From positions 38,690,001 through 38,754,000 of the forward strand of contig CM052818.1 of the NCBI GenBank assembly GCA_028534125.1: DNA of 64,000 nucleotides. The letters are read 5' to 3'. The translations under genes were made by a program, and so were the position numbers. The notes under the pieces were generated by a model, which was given only the letters and a program-made list of their open reading frames with translations, was not told the DNA's origin and did not search any database. Every line of letters starts with the position of its first letter. Within the stretch, counting starts at the first letter, position 1. Source of the stretch: Lama glama. Its lineage: Eukaryota. Shown piece after piece: positions 24,050 through 38,327 of this stretch.

Positions 24050-25460
24050 TTATATATTATAGATTCAGTGCAATCTATATATAAATTCCCACAAAAATTC
24101 CAATCACATTTTTTTTACAGAAATAGGAAAAAATCCTAAAATTTGTATGGAGCCACAAAGACACCGAATAGCCAAAATAATCTTCAGGAAGAAGAGCAAA
24201 GATGAAGTTAACACACTTCCTAATTTCAAACTATATTACAAAGCTGGTAATCAAAACAGTATGGTACTGACATAAAAACAGACCAAATGATCAGAATAGG
24301 GAGCCCAGAAATAAACCCACGACTATAGGTCAACTGATCTTTGACCAAGGACACACAATGGGGAAAAGATAGTACCTTCAATAAATGGTATTGGGAAAAC
24401 TGGATATCCACATGCAAAAGAATGAAATGGGGCCCTTATCTTACACTATACACAAAAATTAACTTGAAATGGATTAAATACTTAAATTTAAGGCCAGACA
24501 CCATAGAACTCTTAGAAGAAAACATAAGGGAAAAACTCTTTGACATTGGTCTTGGTAATAATTTTTTTTTTTGCCATGACTTTTTGTTACTTGGCACAAA
24601 TAACAGAGGTAAAAATAAATAATTGGGTCTGTATCAAACTAAAAAACTTCTGTACAGCAGAGGAAACTACAACAAAATGAAAAGGCAGCCTACAAAATAG
24701 GAGAAAATATTTGCAAACTATTCCTGATAAGGGGATAATTTCCAAAATATATAAGGAAGTCATACAACTGTAGAAAAAACACTAATAGATTTTTAAAATG
24801 GGCCAAGTTTTCCAGAGAAGACATGCAAATATATGTATGTATACAAAATGCATATGAAAAATGCTCAGCAGCATCATCAAGGAAATGCAAATCAAGACCA
24901 CAATGATGTATCACCTCACACCTGTTAGGATAGCTAATATCAAAAAAAACACAAAAGTTAGCAAATCTTGGTGAGGATGTGGGAAAAAGAGAGAAGTGGG
25001 TCACTCAAGCAGTTACGTAGATTACCCAAGGCTTTCTGAAAGGGAACGCGTTCATGGGCGAGGGTGGCCTGGTTCCTTATCTGATTGTTTTGCTAGTAGC
25101 TGGGTCATTACAGCTGGCAATATGCTTTTCAAAGTGGATGTCTTTTGAAATGACTGCCTCATCAATCAAAAGCTTACTGTCAAGTACTTACACTCACTAT
25201 GCAAGGTGTTGGATGTGTTACTCAACCTGATTATGAATCATTCCATAGTGTATATGTATATTAAATCATCACCTTGTACACTTTTAAAAACAATCATGGT
25301 GTACAACCTAAATATATACAAATTTTATTTGTCAGTCATATTTCAGTAAAGCTAGAAAGAAGAAAGAAAATGAATAATTGTTGAAGCTGGGCCATGGATA
25401 TATGGGGGTCTGTTGTACTGTTCTCTGGACTTTTGTGTAAGTTTGAAAAAAAATTTCTCT
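24050..25460 (+). mobile_element. L1M ORF2 3' half and 3' UTR fragments
   Basis: ORF 24341-24622 WGKDSTFNKWYWENWISTCKRMKWGPYLTLYTKINLKWIKYLNLRP is L1 ORF2; 3' UTR pieces at about 25200-25460. Confidence 0.9.
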
Positions 25461-26635
25461 AAGGGTTTTAAAGAAAGAAAACGTATTACAGGATCTAAGA
25501 GCTTAAAGTGTCTACTTAAAATCCCACCTTGAACCCTTATTTTTCAAGGAAGGAAAGTAAGGCCCAACAGGGCCAAATGATCTTCTGCTGGTGAGTGGCA
25601 GAACCTGGACAGGAAGCCAGCACTTCTGATGCTGAAGTCGGTGCTCTGGTTCTGTGGGAGGTCGTCTCGAGTGGCGAGTGCAAAGTGCTAATGCTTAGCC
25701 CTTCCACAGTTGCAGGTTGTACCCTATCTGTCACTCTTTTCTGGTGATGACCCATAAAGGGGATAGGATAGAGTCTAGATGAAACTATGCAACTCATGGC
25801 AAATGCTTGCATAAATACCTCAAAATGCCTTTTCATAGTGTCTTTTTCTGTTTACGTGTATGTGTTCCTCTATGAATGCAGTTTACTTGAGAGCCTTTTA
25901 CACTTAGCTTAAAGGCTAGGTTGTGCTTTGAAAGGCAAGTAAAAGGCAGTGAAAGATTTTGTAAAGTGAGACTGAATATATACATTTTATTACCTTGATT
26001 AAAAACAAAACGTTGATGTCAAAAACTATCACCTTGAAAAGTGACTGAAAGTGAAATCAAATATTTCAAACTGGTCTACCCTGAAATATTTTAAAAGGTA
26101 CATCTTTATTGTTTTAAGTTATTTCTTCTTATATACCCAAATAAATTTTGGGGTTTGATACCAGTTTTTCCTTTGTCAGGAAATGTATATGTCTGCTTAG
26201 AATGTGCTTTGGCCATCTTATTTTCAGAAAAATAAGAGGTGTTAAAAGAGTTCTTAGGAAACAGGCTTGTTTAACATGCGAAATCTTGAAAAGCTGCCAT
26301 CTCTGCTGGCCTGTCATCTTAACTGGCAGAAGACACAACCAAAGACAGAAGGAGCTGGGAAGTAGTGGAAATACCTCAGGGTCCTCGTGAAGGATAATAC
26401 CTCTTCTTTTGTGGTGTTCAAACTTAGTGACGATTCGCTAGTGTGCCTTTTTCCTACACCTTAGTGAGGAAGGCCGTCATAATAGAAGTTATAAATTGAA
26501 TTACCTAATGAGAGCAACATCCAACTTAGTTATCACAGTAAACCTTTAAGTCATACTGAAGACAAAACAAATGTTGAACAAAATGTGAACAGCAACCTTG
26601 AAAGTTAAAAATACACTTGAAGAATAGCTCTACTT

Positions 26636-26824
26636 CAGGGGTTCTCAAACTTTGGCAGGCACCTGAATCACCTGGAGGATTTATTGAAACACAAATTACT
26701 GGGTACCACCACCTGAGTTGTTGATTGAGTAGAAGTGCGGTGGGACCTGAGAACTTGCATTTCTAACAAGTTCCTAGGTAGTATTGATGCTGCTGGTCCT
26801 GGTACCACATTTCCAGAACCACTG
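26636..26824 (-). mobile_element. MER5A-like MITE
   Basis: cagggggttctcaaactt...gaatcacctggagg...tgcatttctaacaagttcc...gatgctgctggtcc...gaaccactg. Confidence 0.8.
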
Positions 26825-29800
26825 CCATAGATCTTCACCAGTAAACGCTGGTAGGGAAAACCAGTAGAAGGAATCTGCTGTGTGTCTGAATTTCTGGGAA
26901 ATGTCTTTAATTCTTATTTTAAATTGATATCTTATTATTTATAACTTTACTTTGAGTATGCTTCTTGCTTGGGCTACTCCTGTGCTGTTGACCTAATGAC
27001 TAATTAGAGCCTGGGTCCTTTGCTGCTAATGAGAACAGTGCCATCTAGAGGCATTAGCCCAAAGGGCCACCGCAGGGCCAGAGGAAGCTGTGGTTTCTAG
27101 AGTGGGTAAGAGGGCAAGTCATCCATCATCAAGGACTTATTGACGACCTACTAGATTAATATGTATGGTGCTGCCTTTTAGGTCACTGACTTCCCACCTG
27201 TGTTGTAAGTAGCCCAAAAGTTCTGTGAAGGGCAAGTGGGGCTCTGGGCTTCACTCTTCCCCCCAATCAGCCAGAACAGTTCTGCTTTCATCTGTTTAAC
27301 ACATTGGAGGTTATGTTTGTAAATGCACACTGTAGTCAAATGCTTTGGATAGGCAGGACAGATATATTATTCACCATCCAAGATTATTGTTCTAAAGTGC
27401 AGGTTTCCTGACATGCAAAATAAAGTGTGAAAAGTACATAATCATTGAGAGAAAGGACATAAGCTATAACCACACATCAAATGTTGAAAGTATATTTTGC
27501 TTCATATTAGCACATGTTAAAATTATGAACAGTTGGAAATAATACTCTAGTTGCACCACATTATCACAGTCATAAATTGAGTATAATTGGGAGAACAGAT
27601 GTTCACCCATGTCAGAAGTGGGTGATTCAGGAAAAAAAAGTGTGAAAAGAAAATTTGAGGAATTAGAAGTATAAACTTTTTCTGGCTTTGATTTACTATG
27701 GAGTCAGCTTACTTGATGGCAGATTCATTATCAACTATTTTAAGTCATTTGTTCAAAAATTGTAACATAAAAGCTAAAAATCATAGTGGTTTAGTTTCAG
27801 CTGATAAAACATTACCTTAAAAAGTTACACAATCTTTCAACTCATGTTGAATTTGGGTATGTTTATCTAAAGGATCAATAAAACACTCCAAAACTGAGAG
27901 AAAGAGAGAAAAACCAGTAGAGCTTTCTCTTGCCAGGACTGTGATTGGCAGAGAAACATGGAGGTTACATGAAATGACTGGATGAGCCCAAGGCAGGGAT
28001 AATCAGTCAGTCAAGTCTCAGGGCTCACAGTCACTAGAAATAAATGAACAAGTCTCTCAGTGGGCGGGAAGAAGCAGAAAACGAAAGGGTAGAGCAAGGA
28101 AAGAAGCTAAGAATCAAACAAATCGTTAGGCTCTCAGAGAAGACAGAAGTCGGAAGCACAGCAGGAGGAGGGAGAATGGCATTGCAGCTCCCGTCCTGTA
28201 ACACACAGGGATCGTTGCCCCTCCCTTTGAGAGCCTTTGGTATCTTCTCACTGCTCACACGGTGGAGTCACTTGGTGATGTTCAGGGTCCTGCTTGATCT
28301 AGTCTGAACATTCTTGTCTAACCTTATTTGTTCCTCCTCTCCCATAACCACATAACCACAAACAGGCATGGAACTCATCACAATATCCAAAATTATACCT
28401 CACACTTTTATGCCTTTGTGGTCTACTCTCATGAAGTTCGAGTAAATTTCATTTCCCTTTTTAGTTACATGCATGTCATGCTAAACAACACATGATTTTT
28501 GGTTTGTGTTTAAAAACTTGACCTGAAGAGTAAACTATATATTCCTCTTGTTCAAAGCGTTCTTTAAAATATGAAGTGCTAATTTTAGCCTTTTAATCCC
28601 CACATGTAAGTTGTTTAATTAAAGTTATTTTTAAGCTGTAGCTTTGGAACAATGATGGGGGCGAGATGGAAGACTTTACTAGTTGAGAAAATTCTAACGT
28701 AAGATTAAGAGAGTTCCTGTCTGCAGACTCAGTCCTAGCAGAAGGCTCGTGTAGCACTAGTCCCTGGTCTTGTTAGTTCTGTGGTCATCAGTGACTTGTA
28801 AATATTGCTTGTGTGGCAGTATGCAGTAGAACTTATGTGTTTATATCCAGTGCAGAGCTACATAAATATACATGTGTATGTGTTGTTAAAATATATATTG
28901 TGAAATTTAAACCATTATGATTATATTCAAATATGCAGTTAAAATTAGTTAAAATAATCCTATAAACAAGGTTTTTCAGATATCTCTCAGTTACTTGGAG
29001 AAAGGCACACTTTTATGAACCCAAAGGGACATTATGTTTCTATTGTTATCCAATAAAACCCTCTTATTTTCTCAAGGAAATGCTTGAGACATACTTTAAT
29101 GTTTTGTAGTAGTGTTCTTATCTATTTCTGTTCCTCTTATTAGTCTGTGAGTTCCTTGAAGATGAGGGAGTATATTGTATTTGTACCTGTATTTTCAAGA
29201 CTACCGTGGGTCAACTAGTCACTGTTTTCTTGCAGAGTGGTCCGTTTAGTTAATGTGAAATGGAAGAAAGAAATAGTTATCAGATTTACCTCTGTCCTGA
29301 AGCTGTAAAGGATGCATAATATTTTGATCCAGAGTTGACAAAATTTTAATAACTGGATCAGTCAATTTGAACAAGTAGATGAAACATAACTGATGTTTAC
29401 TTAGTTCCTCAAAGAACTGCTTTGTAACTGATTATACATCCTTTTGAAATAACCTTTAGAATTATAAAGTAGGAGTGAATTAGGAGCAGTGTGGTGAGAT
29501 AAACATGGGATGCTGTGGAAACTGCAAGGAAGGCTACTTTACCCCTCATCCACTGAATCATAGAAAGGCTTCTCAGAGGAGGTAACACTTGTTGAGAGTT
29601 GGAAGGATGAAGAGGAGTTAGCCAGATTAACAAGGGGGAGCTGAGCACTGAAGGAAGGAAAAAAAAAAAAAACAGCATGTACAGAAAAAACTGAAGAGCA
29701 GTCCTTCAGAATGAGTTTTGGGTGCATTTTGAATGAGCCACATTGTGGTTCTTTACAGTTTGCATCGGAACTTTGCAGGAGTCATGAAGGCAAAAAATTT

Positions 29801-30279
29801 AGTATTCCAATGACTCCATTTTTAGAAAGCAGTTGACTACCTTGTGATGTTTTGAAGTATTACACCCTGTCTTTGAGGTTGTGTATATGTTCATGGGGGA
29901 AATCTGTTCAAGTTTTCTATATTCATAGAATTAAGCTGGCGGCATCCTCAGAGATTGTCTAGTCAATTCATATTTTCATTCAACAACAGATGGAAAAAAT
30001 GGACTTTGCCTTCAGGGAGCTCACAGTCTAAGAGAGGAAATAAACAGACAGTAATACAAGTGTAATAAAGTGCTGTAGTAAGAACTGAGTACTGGTTAAG
30101 CACAAAAGAAGGCTCCATTTTTCTTAAAGATTAGCCAGATAAAGTTTTAATTAGATCTCGAAGAATCTAGAAGATGGTTCATTTGTGAAAGGAAAAAGGA
30201 TATTTTAGGTCAGGACTGTGCTGGTTAAATGGAACGGTTTAAAACGTTTCTGCCTGCATCTTTCAGTCTTGACTTCTTT

Positions 30280-30310
30280 AAACAAACAAACAAACAAACA
30301 AACAAACAAA
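30280..30310 (+). repeat. Microsatellite (AAAC)7
   Basis: Read directly. Confidence 0.9.
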
Positions 30311-30382
30311 GATTATGTAAAATACTGAAGGAGTGTCTTGGATTATCTTTGATTGTCCATTAATCCTACAACTTAGGCTAAC

Positions 30383-30567
30383 CAGTGTTTATCAATGTGC
30401 AGTCCTGAGACCAGCAGTAACAGCATCTCCTGGAAACTTGGAACTGCAGATTTTCAGGCGTCAACCCAGACCTACTGACTCAGAGACTCTGGTACTGGGC
30501 CTAGCCATCAGTGTTTTAACAAGCTCTCCAGGGAATTCTGATTCTTGCTCAGGTTTGAGAACCATTG
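30383..30567 (+). mobile_element. MER5A-like MITE
   Basis: gaccagcag...cagcatctcctggaaactt...cccagacctactgactcagagactctgg...gtgttttaacaagctctccagg...gtttgagaaccattg. Confidence 0.8.
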
Positions 30568-30599
30568 GCCTAAAGTAACAGTACTTCATGAAATAGTTG

Positions 30600-30830
30600 A
30601 GGGTTCATGAGTTTTGAGGACAGAGAGACCTGGATTTCAACCTCACCTGTCCCACTTGTGTTATTGCCAGTCCATCACCTAATGTCTATGAGCCTTTTGG
30701 AATTTTCCTCTATAAGATGAAGGTAAGAATACTTCCTTTCCGCGGTTGTTGTGAAGATTGATCAATACACTTTAAATGAAGTACCAGCACTGTGGCGAGT
30801 ACCTTGTAGGCTTTCAGTAAATGATAATTA
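30600..30830 (+). mobile_element. MIR SINE
   Basis: cagagagacctggatttcaa...ttttcctctataagatga...ggttgttgtgaagatt. Confidence 0.6.
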
Positions 30831-30922
30831 CTGCAATTGCTATTGGTTTTTTTTTTTAAGATATTTTCCCAGTGAAGAGATAACTTTCACTTATGAAAAC
30901 ATACTTATGTTTTTGCTTTTAG

Positions 30923-31092
30923 ATCCAAATGCTCAAGAAATTAAGGACATCTATGGACTCCAGGGTCAAGTAGAACACAAACTAGCTTTCCTGAGAACTC
31001 ACGTGCCAAAGGAAATGAAGCTGGTGGTCATTGGCCATTCAATAGGCTGCTATATTTCCCTTCAAATTTTGAAGCATGCCCCTGAGCTCCCA
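30923..31092 (+). CDS. LDAH: LDAH exon 4 (170 nt) with catalytic GxSxG motif
   Basis: ttttag acceptor; (D)PNAQEIKDIYGLQGQVEHKLAFLRTHVPKEMKLVVIGHSIGCYISLQILKHAPELP; GHSIG at 31033-31047 (Ser139 of the spliced product); donor CCA|gtaagt, phase 0. Confidence 0.97.
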
Positions 31093-32850
31093 GTAAGTAT
31101 GCCTCTGGAGGTAACTGTAGGTGCTTGATTGTGCACTTGCACAAATCCTCTCAGATTTCCTTTGCTGTATTGTCTCTTATTTAACTGATGAATAGAACAC
31201 AAAGAGGGATATTTGGTAGCCATCCATAAGGATAACTTCATGTTTCTGTGGGCCTGGGTGAGAGTATGTTCATGCAGTTCCCATAATGTTTCAAAAAATA
31301 ATGCTGAAGGAGGTAGGAGTTTTCCAAACAACCCTTTTCTAAAAATTGAGGTAGAGTTAATTTACAGTATTGTATTGGAACAAATGCCTTTTAATCTAGG
31401 GTTATCTGGAGTTCTTAAATTACATATAAATTGCTGTCTTTTATAAAGGAATATTTAAGAGCAGACATCAACTTAGACCTAGTCAAGAATCTTGTCTGGG
31501 GAGAGAATTATGCAAATATTCATGCCTCCTTTCAAAAGGAAGAAAATTTATCATCATCACCACTGTTGATAGGCAAACATCTGTTCTTAAAGAACACTAA
31601 ATCTTTAGTCTTAAGTTTGAATTCTTTTCTGTTCTATAACCTGACGGTCTTTTGAAAACACTCATTCATTCATTCACAAATACTTATGGGGTGCCACTAT
31701 ATGCCAGATATTAAATGAGACACTAGGGACATTAAGATCTATTTAAAATGCCAGGAAAGCTAGTGAACTATAAAACACTTCAAAACAAAATGAAACCTCA
31801 TATTTTCACTGACATGTACCATTGAAATGACCCATTAAATGAATGCAGTTCACAACATAAATTATTTCTCTGTTCAAAAAACTTTTATTAAGCACTTGCC
31901 ATGTATCAGTCCTTGTGCTGTGTTTTAAAGACATCCCAGTGAATAAAATATTAGTCTTTGAGGAAAGAAAGGCTGAAGTCTAATGGAGGAGACAGACTAA
32001 CCCATAGGTGTGATAACGACCATCTTATGTTAGTAGACGGTGTGGGAGCATGAAGGAGTGCTATTTAACCTGGTGATCTAAATGCAAGATAGGAAGTGAT
32101 TCCTTCCTGAACTCTCCCTATCCTAGGATATTGACTTTTCTTACTCCATGTGATAAAATATCTTCACTGGAGCCCACTAGGAATTCACTCCTTTTCCTAC
32201 CAGCTTGACACACTTCTTACTTACAATTGCCTTTGGGAGAAGTACAACTGTAGCCTCCCTGGGTGTGGTTTTTAACACCAAATGGAGGCTGTTAATTTCT
32301 CATATTGGATATAAGAAAATGTATTTTTCATTTCTAAGTATAATTCAATAAATTCTAAATTGCATTCCATTCACTGTATTATTGCATCTACTCTGTTTTT
32401 TTTTCCCCCTTGATAAGGCATTCTTAATCAGAAATCAAGCTTTCCTTTTGTTTTTAGCATTTTGCATGGCTTCTAACGTCTGCTGGGCCTCTAAATCTCC
32501 TCTAGTACCATGTTGTGATGCTACTGTCTTCATAGCATCCAGTCCTAGCAGTCCTCTTTGCATGGTTGCTGTAAATCTTCACCCTATAGCCAAGGCACCT
32601 AGGTTCAAATACTTGCTGTCATCTTTTGTCTCTGTGATCTTGGACAAGTTACTGAGTCTTTCTGTACCTTTGTTTCCCCTTTCTGTAAAATGGGGATAGA
32701 ATATATTCTTCAAAGGATTTTTTGTGAGGAATTATATAAAGAATTAAGATTGGTACCTAGAACTTAAAAGTTCCATTTAAGTATTGGCTTTATTTATTAC
32801 TATAATGGAAATGACAGTGGAATCACTGGCTCAGTTTTTAGATTAACTAT

Positions 32851-33390
32851 TGTATTAGTAATCTAGAGCTGTGTAACCAAGTTACCTCAAAACTTAGCAG
32901 TATAAAACTATGCACGTTTATTCTCTCACAGTTTCTGTGGATCTGGGATCTGACCACAACTTAACTAGGTCCTCTGGTTCAGGATCTCTCACAAGGCTGT
33001 AATCAAAGTGTCTTTTAGGCCTATGGTCTCATTTGAAGATTTGAATGGAGAAGGATCTGCTTCCAAGTTCTCTCCCTTAAGGGTGATTGGACTGAGGGCC
33101 TTGGTTCATCACTGGCAGTTGGATGGAGGCGATTCTCAATTCCTTAGAATGTGGGCCTTTCTCACTTGCCCCATCAGAGCAAGTAGGGTGGAAGAGCCAG
33201 AGAAAGAGTCTGCTGGCAAGATGGAAGTCACAGATTGTCACCCAATTGCTCATTACTTTTATAGTATTCTGTATGTTAGAAATAAATCACTAGGTCCAGC
33301 CCACACTCATGGAGAGCAGATTACACTAGAGCATGAATATTAGAAGGTGAGGATCACTGGGGGCCATGCCAGAAGCTACCTACCCCACCA
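32851..33390 (-). mobile_element. MLT1-type solo LTR
   Basis: tgtattagtaatctagagctgtgtaac...ctcacagtttctgtggatc...ggagaaggatctgcttccaag...ctaggtccagcccacactca...taccccaca. Confidence 0.75.
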
Positions 33391-33647
33391 CTTCTACAGT
33401 TAGGATTTCACCTGTGTGACATACCTACCATCAAGCATGTAGATGTGTAGTGGGGGGGTGTGTGTATAAATTAAAATACTGAATTTATTTCCTGGTACAG
33501 GAAGTGACTTGGTCCTGTCAAATAAAATATAGCAAACTGATATGAAATACAATTTTTTGTTATTAGTTGTTCCAGATGTTTTAAAAGCTCTAAGAACAGT
33601 TTTTAAAGTACTTGCATATTTGAAATAACAATATTATTATTATTATT

Positions 33648-34146
33648 TGTGATGGTAATTTTACATGTCAACTTGATTAGGCTAAGGGATACTCAGATAG
33701 CTGGTAAAACATTTGAGTGTGTCTGTGAGTATGTCTGTTTCTGGAGGAAATTAGCATTTGAATTAGACTGAGTAAATAAAGATCTGCCTTCACCATTGTG
33801 GGTGGGCATCATCAAATCTGTTGAGGGCCCAAATACAACAGAAACTTCCAGGAAGGGTGAATTCTTTCTCTCTCTTTTCTTGAGCTGAGATAGCCATCTT
33901 CTGCTCTCAGACATTGGAGTTCCAGTTTCTCACGCCTTCAGCCTCATCTTTTCCCCTAGTTCTCAGGTCCTGGAGCTCAGACTGAATGATACAACTGGCT
34001 TTCCTGGTTCCCAGCTTACAGATGGCATATTTTGGAACTTCTTGGCCTCCATAATTGTGTGAGCCAATTCCTGTAATAAATGTTCTTTTATCTATATCCA
34101 TATTTATGTATACATGGATTCTGTTTTAAGAACCCTGACAAATACA
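33648..34146 (+). mobile_element. MLT2 (ERVL) solo LTR
   Basis: tgtgatggtaattttacatgtcaacttga...gtgggtgggcatcatcaaatctgttgagggcc...tgtgagccaattcctgtaataaa...aaccctgacaaataca; TG..CA ends, TSD ttatt/ctatt. Confidence 0.88.
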
Positions 34147-37100
34147 CTATTCTATAAACATAGGGGAAAAATACCCATTTCTGAATTCGTCACAGTTTGT
34201 TAACTTAATCACAGGTCTTCCCTTTTGGTTTTTGTTTGTTTGCTCCACATCCATTCTTAATGTAATGTATAATTTCTCTAACGCATATTTTAAAACAGTT
34301 GTTCAACACATTTGTTTTGAACCCATCTCTCTTTTTTGGCTTGCGTTCACAGTGTCTGTTGGGAAAGAAGTACACTACATCTTAAGGTTAGTGTAGCTTC
34401 TTACAGCTTCCTCAGCTTTATAACTTTCTAATTAGTGCTCTGCTTTCAGGTGTTCTTGCCCTTGCAGAAACAGTGGTGAAAAGGCAAAAGGCAGATGAAA
34501 CATGAGCTTAACCTAGTCTGTTGGTGGAGACATAACTCATACTGTAGTTATAGAGTTTTCAGAGAGACATGAGAAACTGTTTCCTTAAAAAGGGCGTACT
34601 CTAGAAAATAACGCATGCAATAAATTGTCCATAAAGGTCACCCGGGGAGGAGGCTGAACATCTGTATGATTGTTTTTTATTATTCAAAAACTTTATCTGG
34701 TTTCAATTAACTACATTGTTGAGGTACACCCCCTGCCCCGACCCCTCTTTAAACACCTGGCCCACTTAGTATTGGTGGTGTGATCCCTGCTGAAGTGTTG
34801 AAATTTCAGTGTCTCTGGGCTACTCTAAGACGGCACAGTGCCTACATGCCTGAAGTTAGCATGACACGCTCCATTTAAGATGCATTTGACAATCAAATAA
34901 GTTGTGTTAGCCAGAATGTTGCAATCCCTAATCATTTTGCCAAAAATAAGTTAACTGTTATGTTTTATAACATATGAAGTGTGATAATAAGAAACTTGTG
35001 TTTCCATCTCTTCTGTTATTTTTACTGGAATATTTGACTCCCATAAGATTTTGAGGACATATGTGTAGTTTAGTAGCTGGTTTATTTGGCTTTATTTTGG
35101 TTCAATTCGTTATAATATTTTTGTAACTAATTATAGGAAACTTTGGTCTTAAAATCATTTTAAGAGACTTATTGCATATTTTAGACATATTGTCTGACCT
35201 GTTTTAATGTACTAAATGAAATAATTGTCTTTTTAAAAATCTATTATTAAAACTTTTTTTCTTTAAGCAAATTTGTTATAAAGATTTATAGAAAATACTC
35301 ATATATTTTGACAGTAATGTCCAGAGTGAAGGATTTTTTTAAAAGCTTGAGAAAATAATAATTGAGAGATTGTTAAATAGTACTGTTGTGACTTAAAATA
35401 ATAAACACAATTTCAGATTCATAAGACCTTTAAAGATAGTCTAGTCCCATCTTTAGCTTTAAAGGTAGGAACTGATTGAAAAGGGCCTTGCCAGGATTCA
35501 GCCTCGGCACTGTCTGAATCTAGGAGTGGGGTATGGTTATATTAACTGTGGGTATAAAGAGAGTCTAAGAAGATAGCTGATGGTTCTTTGAAGCTTTGGT
35601 TGATGGCAGAGCCGAGCCTCAGATAGCATGGTTCGTTCCTGGAATATATACAGCTAGCTTCATGCAACTCATTACATTGCAGCTCTTGGAGCAGAAGACC
35701 CAATGAATACTGCTCTAGCATTTGGGGGCAGAAAGGGGTGACACGGAAACAAAAAAGTAATCATCTTACCCCCACTATCTGTCTACCTCAGCATCAATCC
35801 TCTGTATGTTTAAATGTGCCATCTGATTTTACCAGTAAATTGTTTGCTTTAAGTTCAAAGTTAGGAGTTGAAAGCCCTCAGTTCTTAACTGGGTTCTGTA
35901 CTGAGTCATGAAGCGAAATTCAAGTAATCTAACTTTCATTTTCCTCTAAGAATTTATACAGCATTTAATGATAACACTTCCTCCCCTTCCAGGGGTATCA
36001 GATCCTTCAAAACTAAATTTTTTATATTATTTGGCCTTCCTTGGGGAAAATGCACAATAACATAGAGTTTCCTTTGTCTGTCTGGTTGGCAAAAATACCT
36101 TCTCTCTAAATGAAATTTCCAGATCACTTAAACTCACTCCTTTAAGCCCTAGACTACTTATTCAGTTGGGTAAAAATTTGTCTAAAATATGTTTTTTACT
36201 TATCTGCCTTCTCCAACAATGCACATTGATTATGGAAGAATTTTTTCCTAATGATTCAAGGACATCATTTTAATATTGTTATTTACTACAGTAAAATAAC
36301 AGGGATTTTTGCCTGTGTCCTGAAATTTCTTAGATGATAGTGCTTTTTTAAAAAAGAATTCTCATATCTGTTTCTTTAAAGTTTTTTTTTTTTATCTCCT
36401 CCCTCAGTGTTAGGTGCCTTTTCTCTTCCCTGCTTACTCTTTGTTGCTACTCATTTGCTTCGAACAGAGAAAACAGATAACTGTGTTAGAATTTTGTCTC
36501 AAGTAAGAATGAACACATCTTAAATGAAGATACAAGAGTAAAATTGACAAAATTAAGTAAATGGAATTTATTTTATTGCTCTCAGCAATTACAAAATAAC
36601 TTTTTTTCTTTTGTTTCTTTTGGGATCCCCAGTGGTTTTGTAGATACTCAAAACACACCAAACACACCAAAAGTATAGCTGAGAAGCTCAAAAACTTTAC
36701 GAAAGAGTCAAAATAACGTATTAGATCATGTATATGTTGATTCAGGAGTAATTTTAGGAAAAAAATTAATTCAGATATTCTGGAAATAGTAAGATTCTTG
36801 AGACTGTGATGTACTTACACCATTCTGATGAACCTGTGTGTCTACAGTCAAACTTAGACATGCCTGTGAGAAACATTTATATAACATCACTAAGTTGTGT
36901 TTACCAGCTGAGATAATCTGGAGGTGGGGGAAGAATAAGAGATGATTCATTTGTCAAAGTAACTGTTGTCAGAATCCTGTCCCTGGATAAGTATAAGAAA
37001 CAGAAGGCAAAGTGAGGAGTAGTGTGAGGCTCTGAGTGTTTGAAAAAAGAGGTGATTTCTAACTGGGAAGATCTAAAAAAAAAAAAAAAGTATCATGGAA

Positions 37101-38327
37101 GAGCTGGTATTTGAACAGAGGAAAGATGAGTCAGTATTTAAAAACAGAATGTGATGGTTTTTTTGCGGAGAGGGGGGCTTATATGCATTCTAAGCAGTAG
37201 AGAAATGTATGAAAAAAAGGGAAATTGTTTTTATCACTGGACAGCTGAAGAGAGCAGTGGATGGTCTGATTCAGATGCAGCATAGTGTGCGTGTAGAGAG
37301 CAGTGGGATGCGAAAACTTAGGTTGATGGAGTAGAGGGGCAATAAAGTTTGGACTATTTTCTGGACAGCAAGAAGCGACTGAAGGATCTGTGATAATGAT
37401 AGTCATGCATCAGGTAAATTAATATCTCAGTGAAAAGGAAAATGAAATGGAGAGAGTATAGAGTAAAAAGTGAACAACTGAGTGATAGGCAGGTTTGCTA
37501 GTCCAAGTGAGAATTAATGAAGACAGTGTATAGGATTTGCCCAGGGAAATGAAGAGAAAAGAAACAGGTCATGGATGTATATTAGGGGAATGACTTCATT
37601 TGGCGGAAAGGAGGATGAAAAGGAGAAAGCAGAGAAAAAGGCCAAAGATATAATAATTTTCCAAACTATTGGCTGCAGTCTATTAGTGGATCCTTAATTC
37701 AGTTCAGTGGGTTGCAACTAATGGATTAATCAAGATATGGTAGACTATGCCATGGTAGCACGTGTCAGGGGCTTTTAACAACAAAGATTTTTTTGTTGTT
37801 TATGAGTCCTTTAGAGGCATAGTATATAGTTCTCGTATAGTTCTCTCTATGCAGTGTTATTCCAGAATCCAGGTTGATGGAGTAGCTGGAATATTCCAGT
37901 CTCACGACAGAGAATAAAAAGGAAATAGTGAACCATACAGTGTATTTTAAAACCTCTGCCTGGAAGTGACATTTGTCACTCCTTATACCGCGTTAGGCAG
38001 AGCAAGTCACTTGACCAAGTCTGCCAATAGTGGAGTAGTACAGTCCTCCTCAGAGAAGGGAAGCTTGTGTCTGTAAACAATAAAAAAATAATTTAAAAAA
38101 CCAGAGTAAAATAGAAAATATTAGAGTATATTTTATTATTATAGAGTTATATGTTGTAGAACTTTTATTTCACTTTTTATAAGTGTGTATTGATATCCTT
38201 TATTACAGTGTAAAATGTGTCTCTTATTGTGGATCAAGGTAAAAAAATGGAAAATCATTAACCTAGACTAGATTATACCACAGAAGCAAAGAGAAGAAAA
38301 AGGAGAATGTCTAGAAAGGCATAGATA

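Noticed and set aside
24341..24622. 93-aa ORF as a host gene
   Set aside because: It is a fragment of L1 ORF2.
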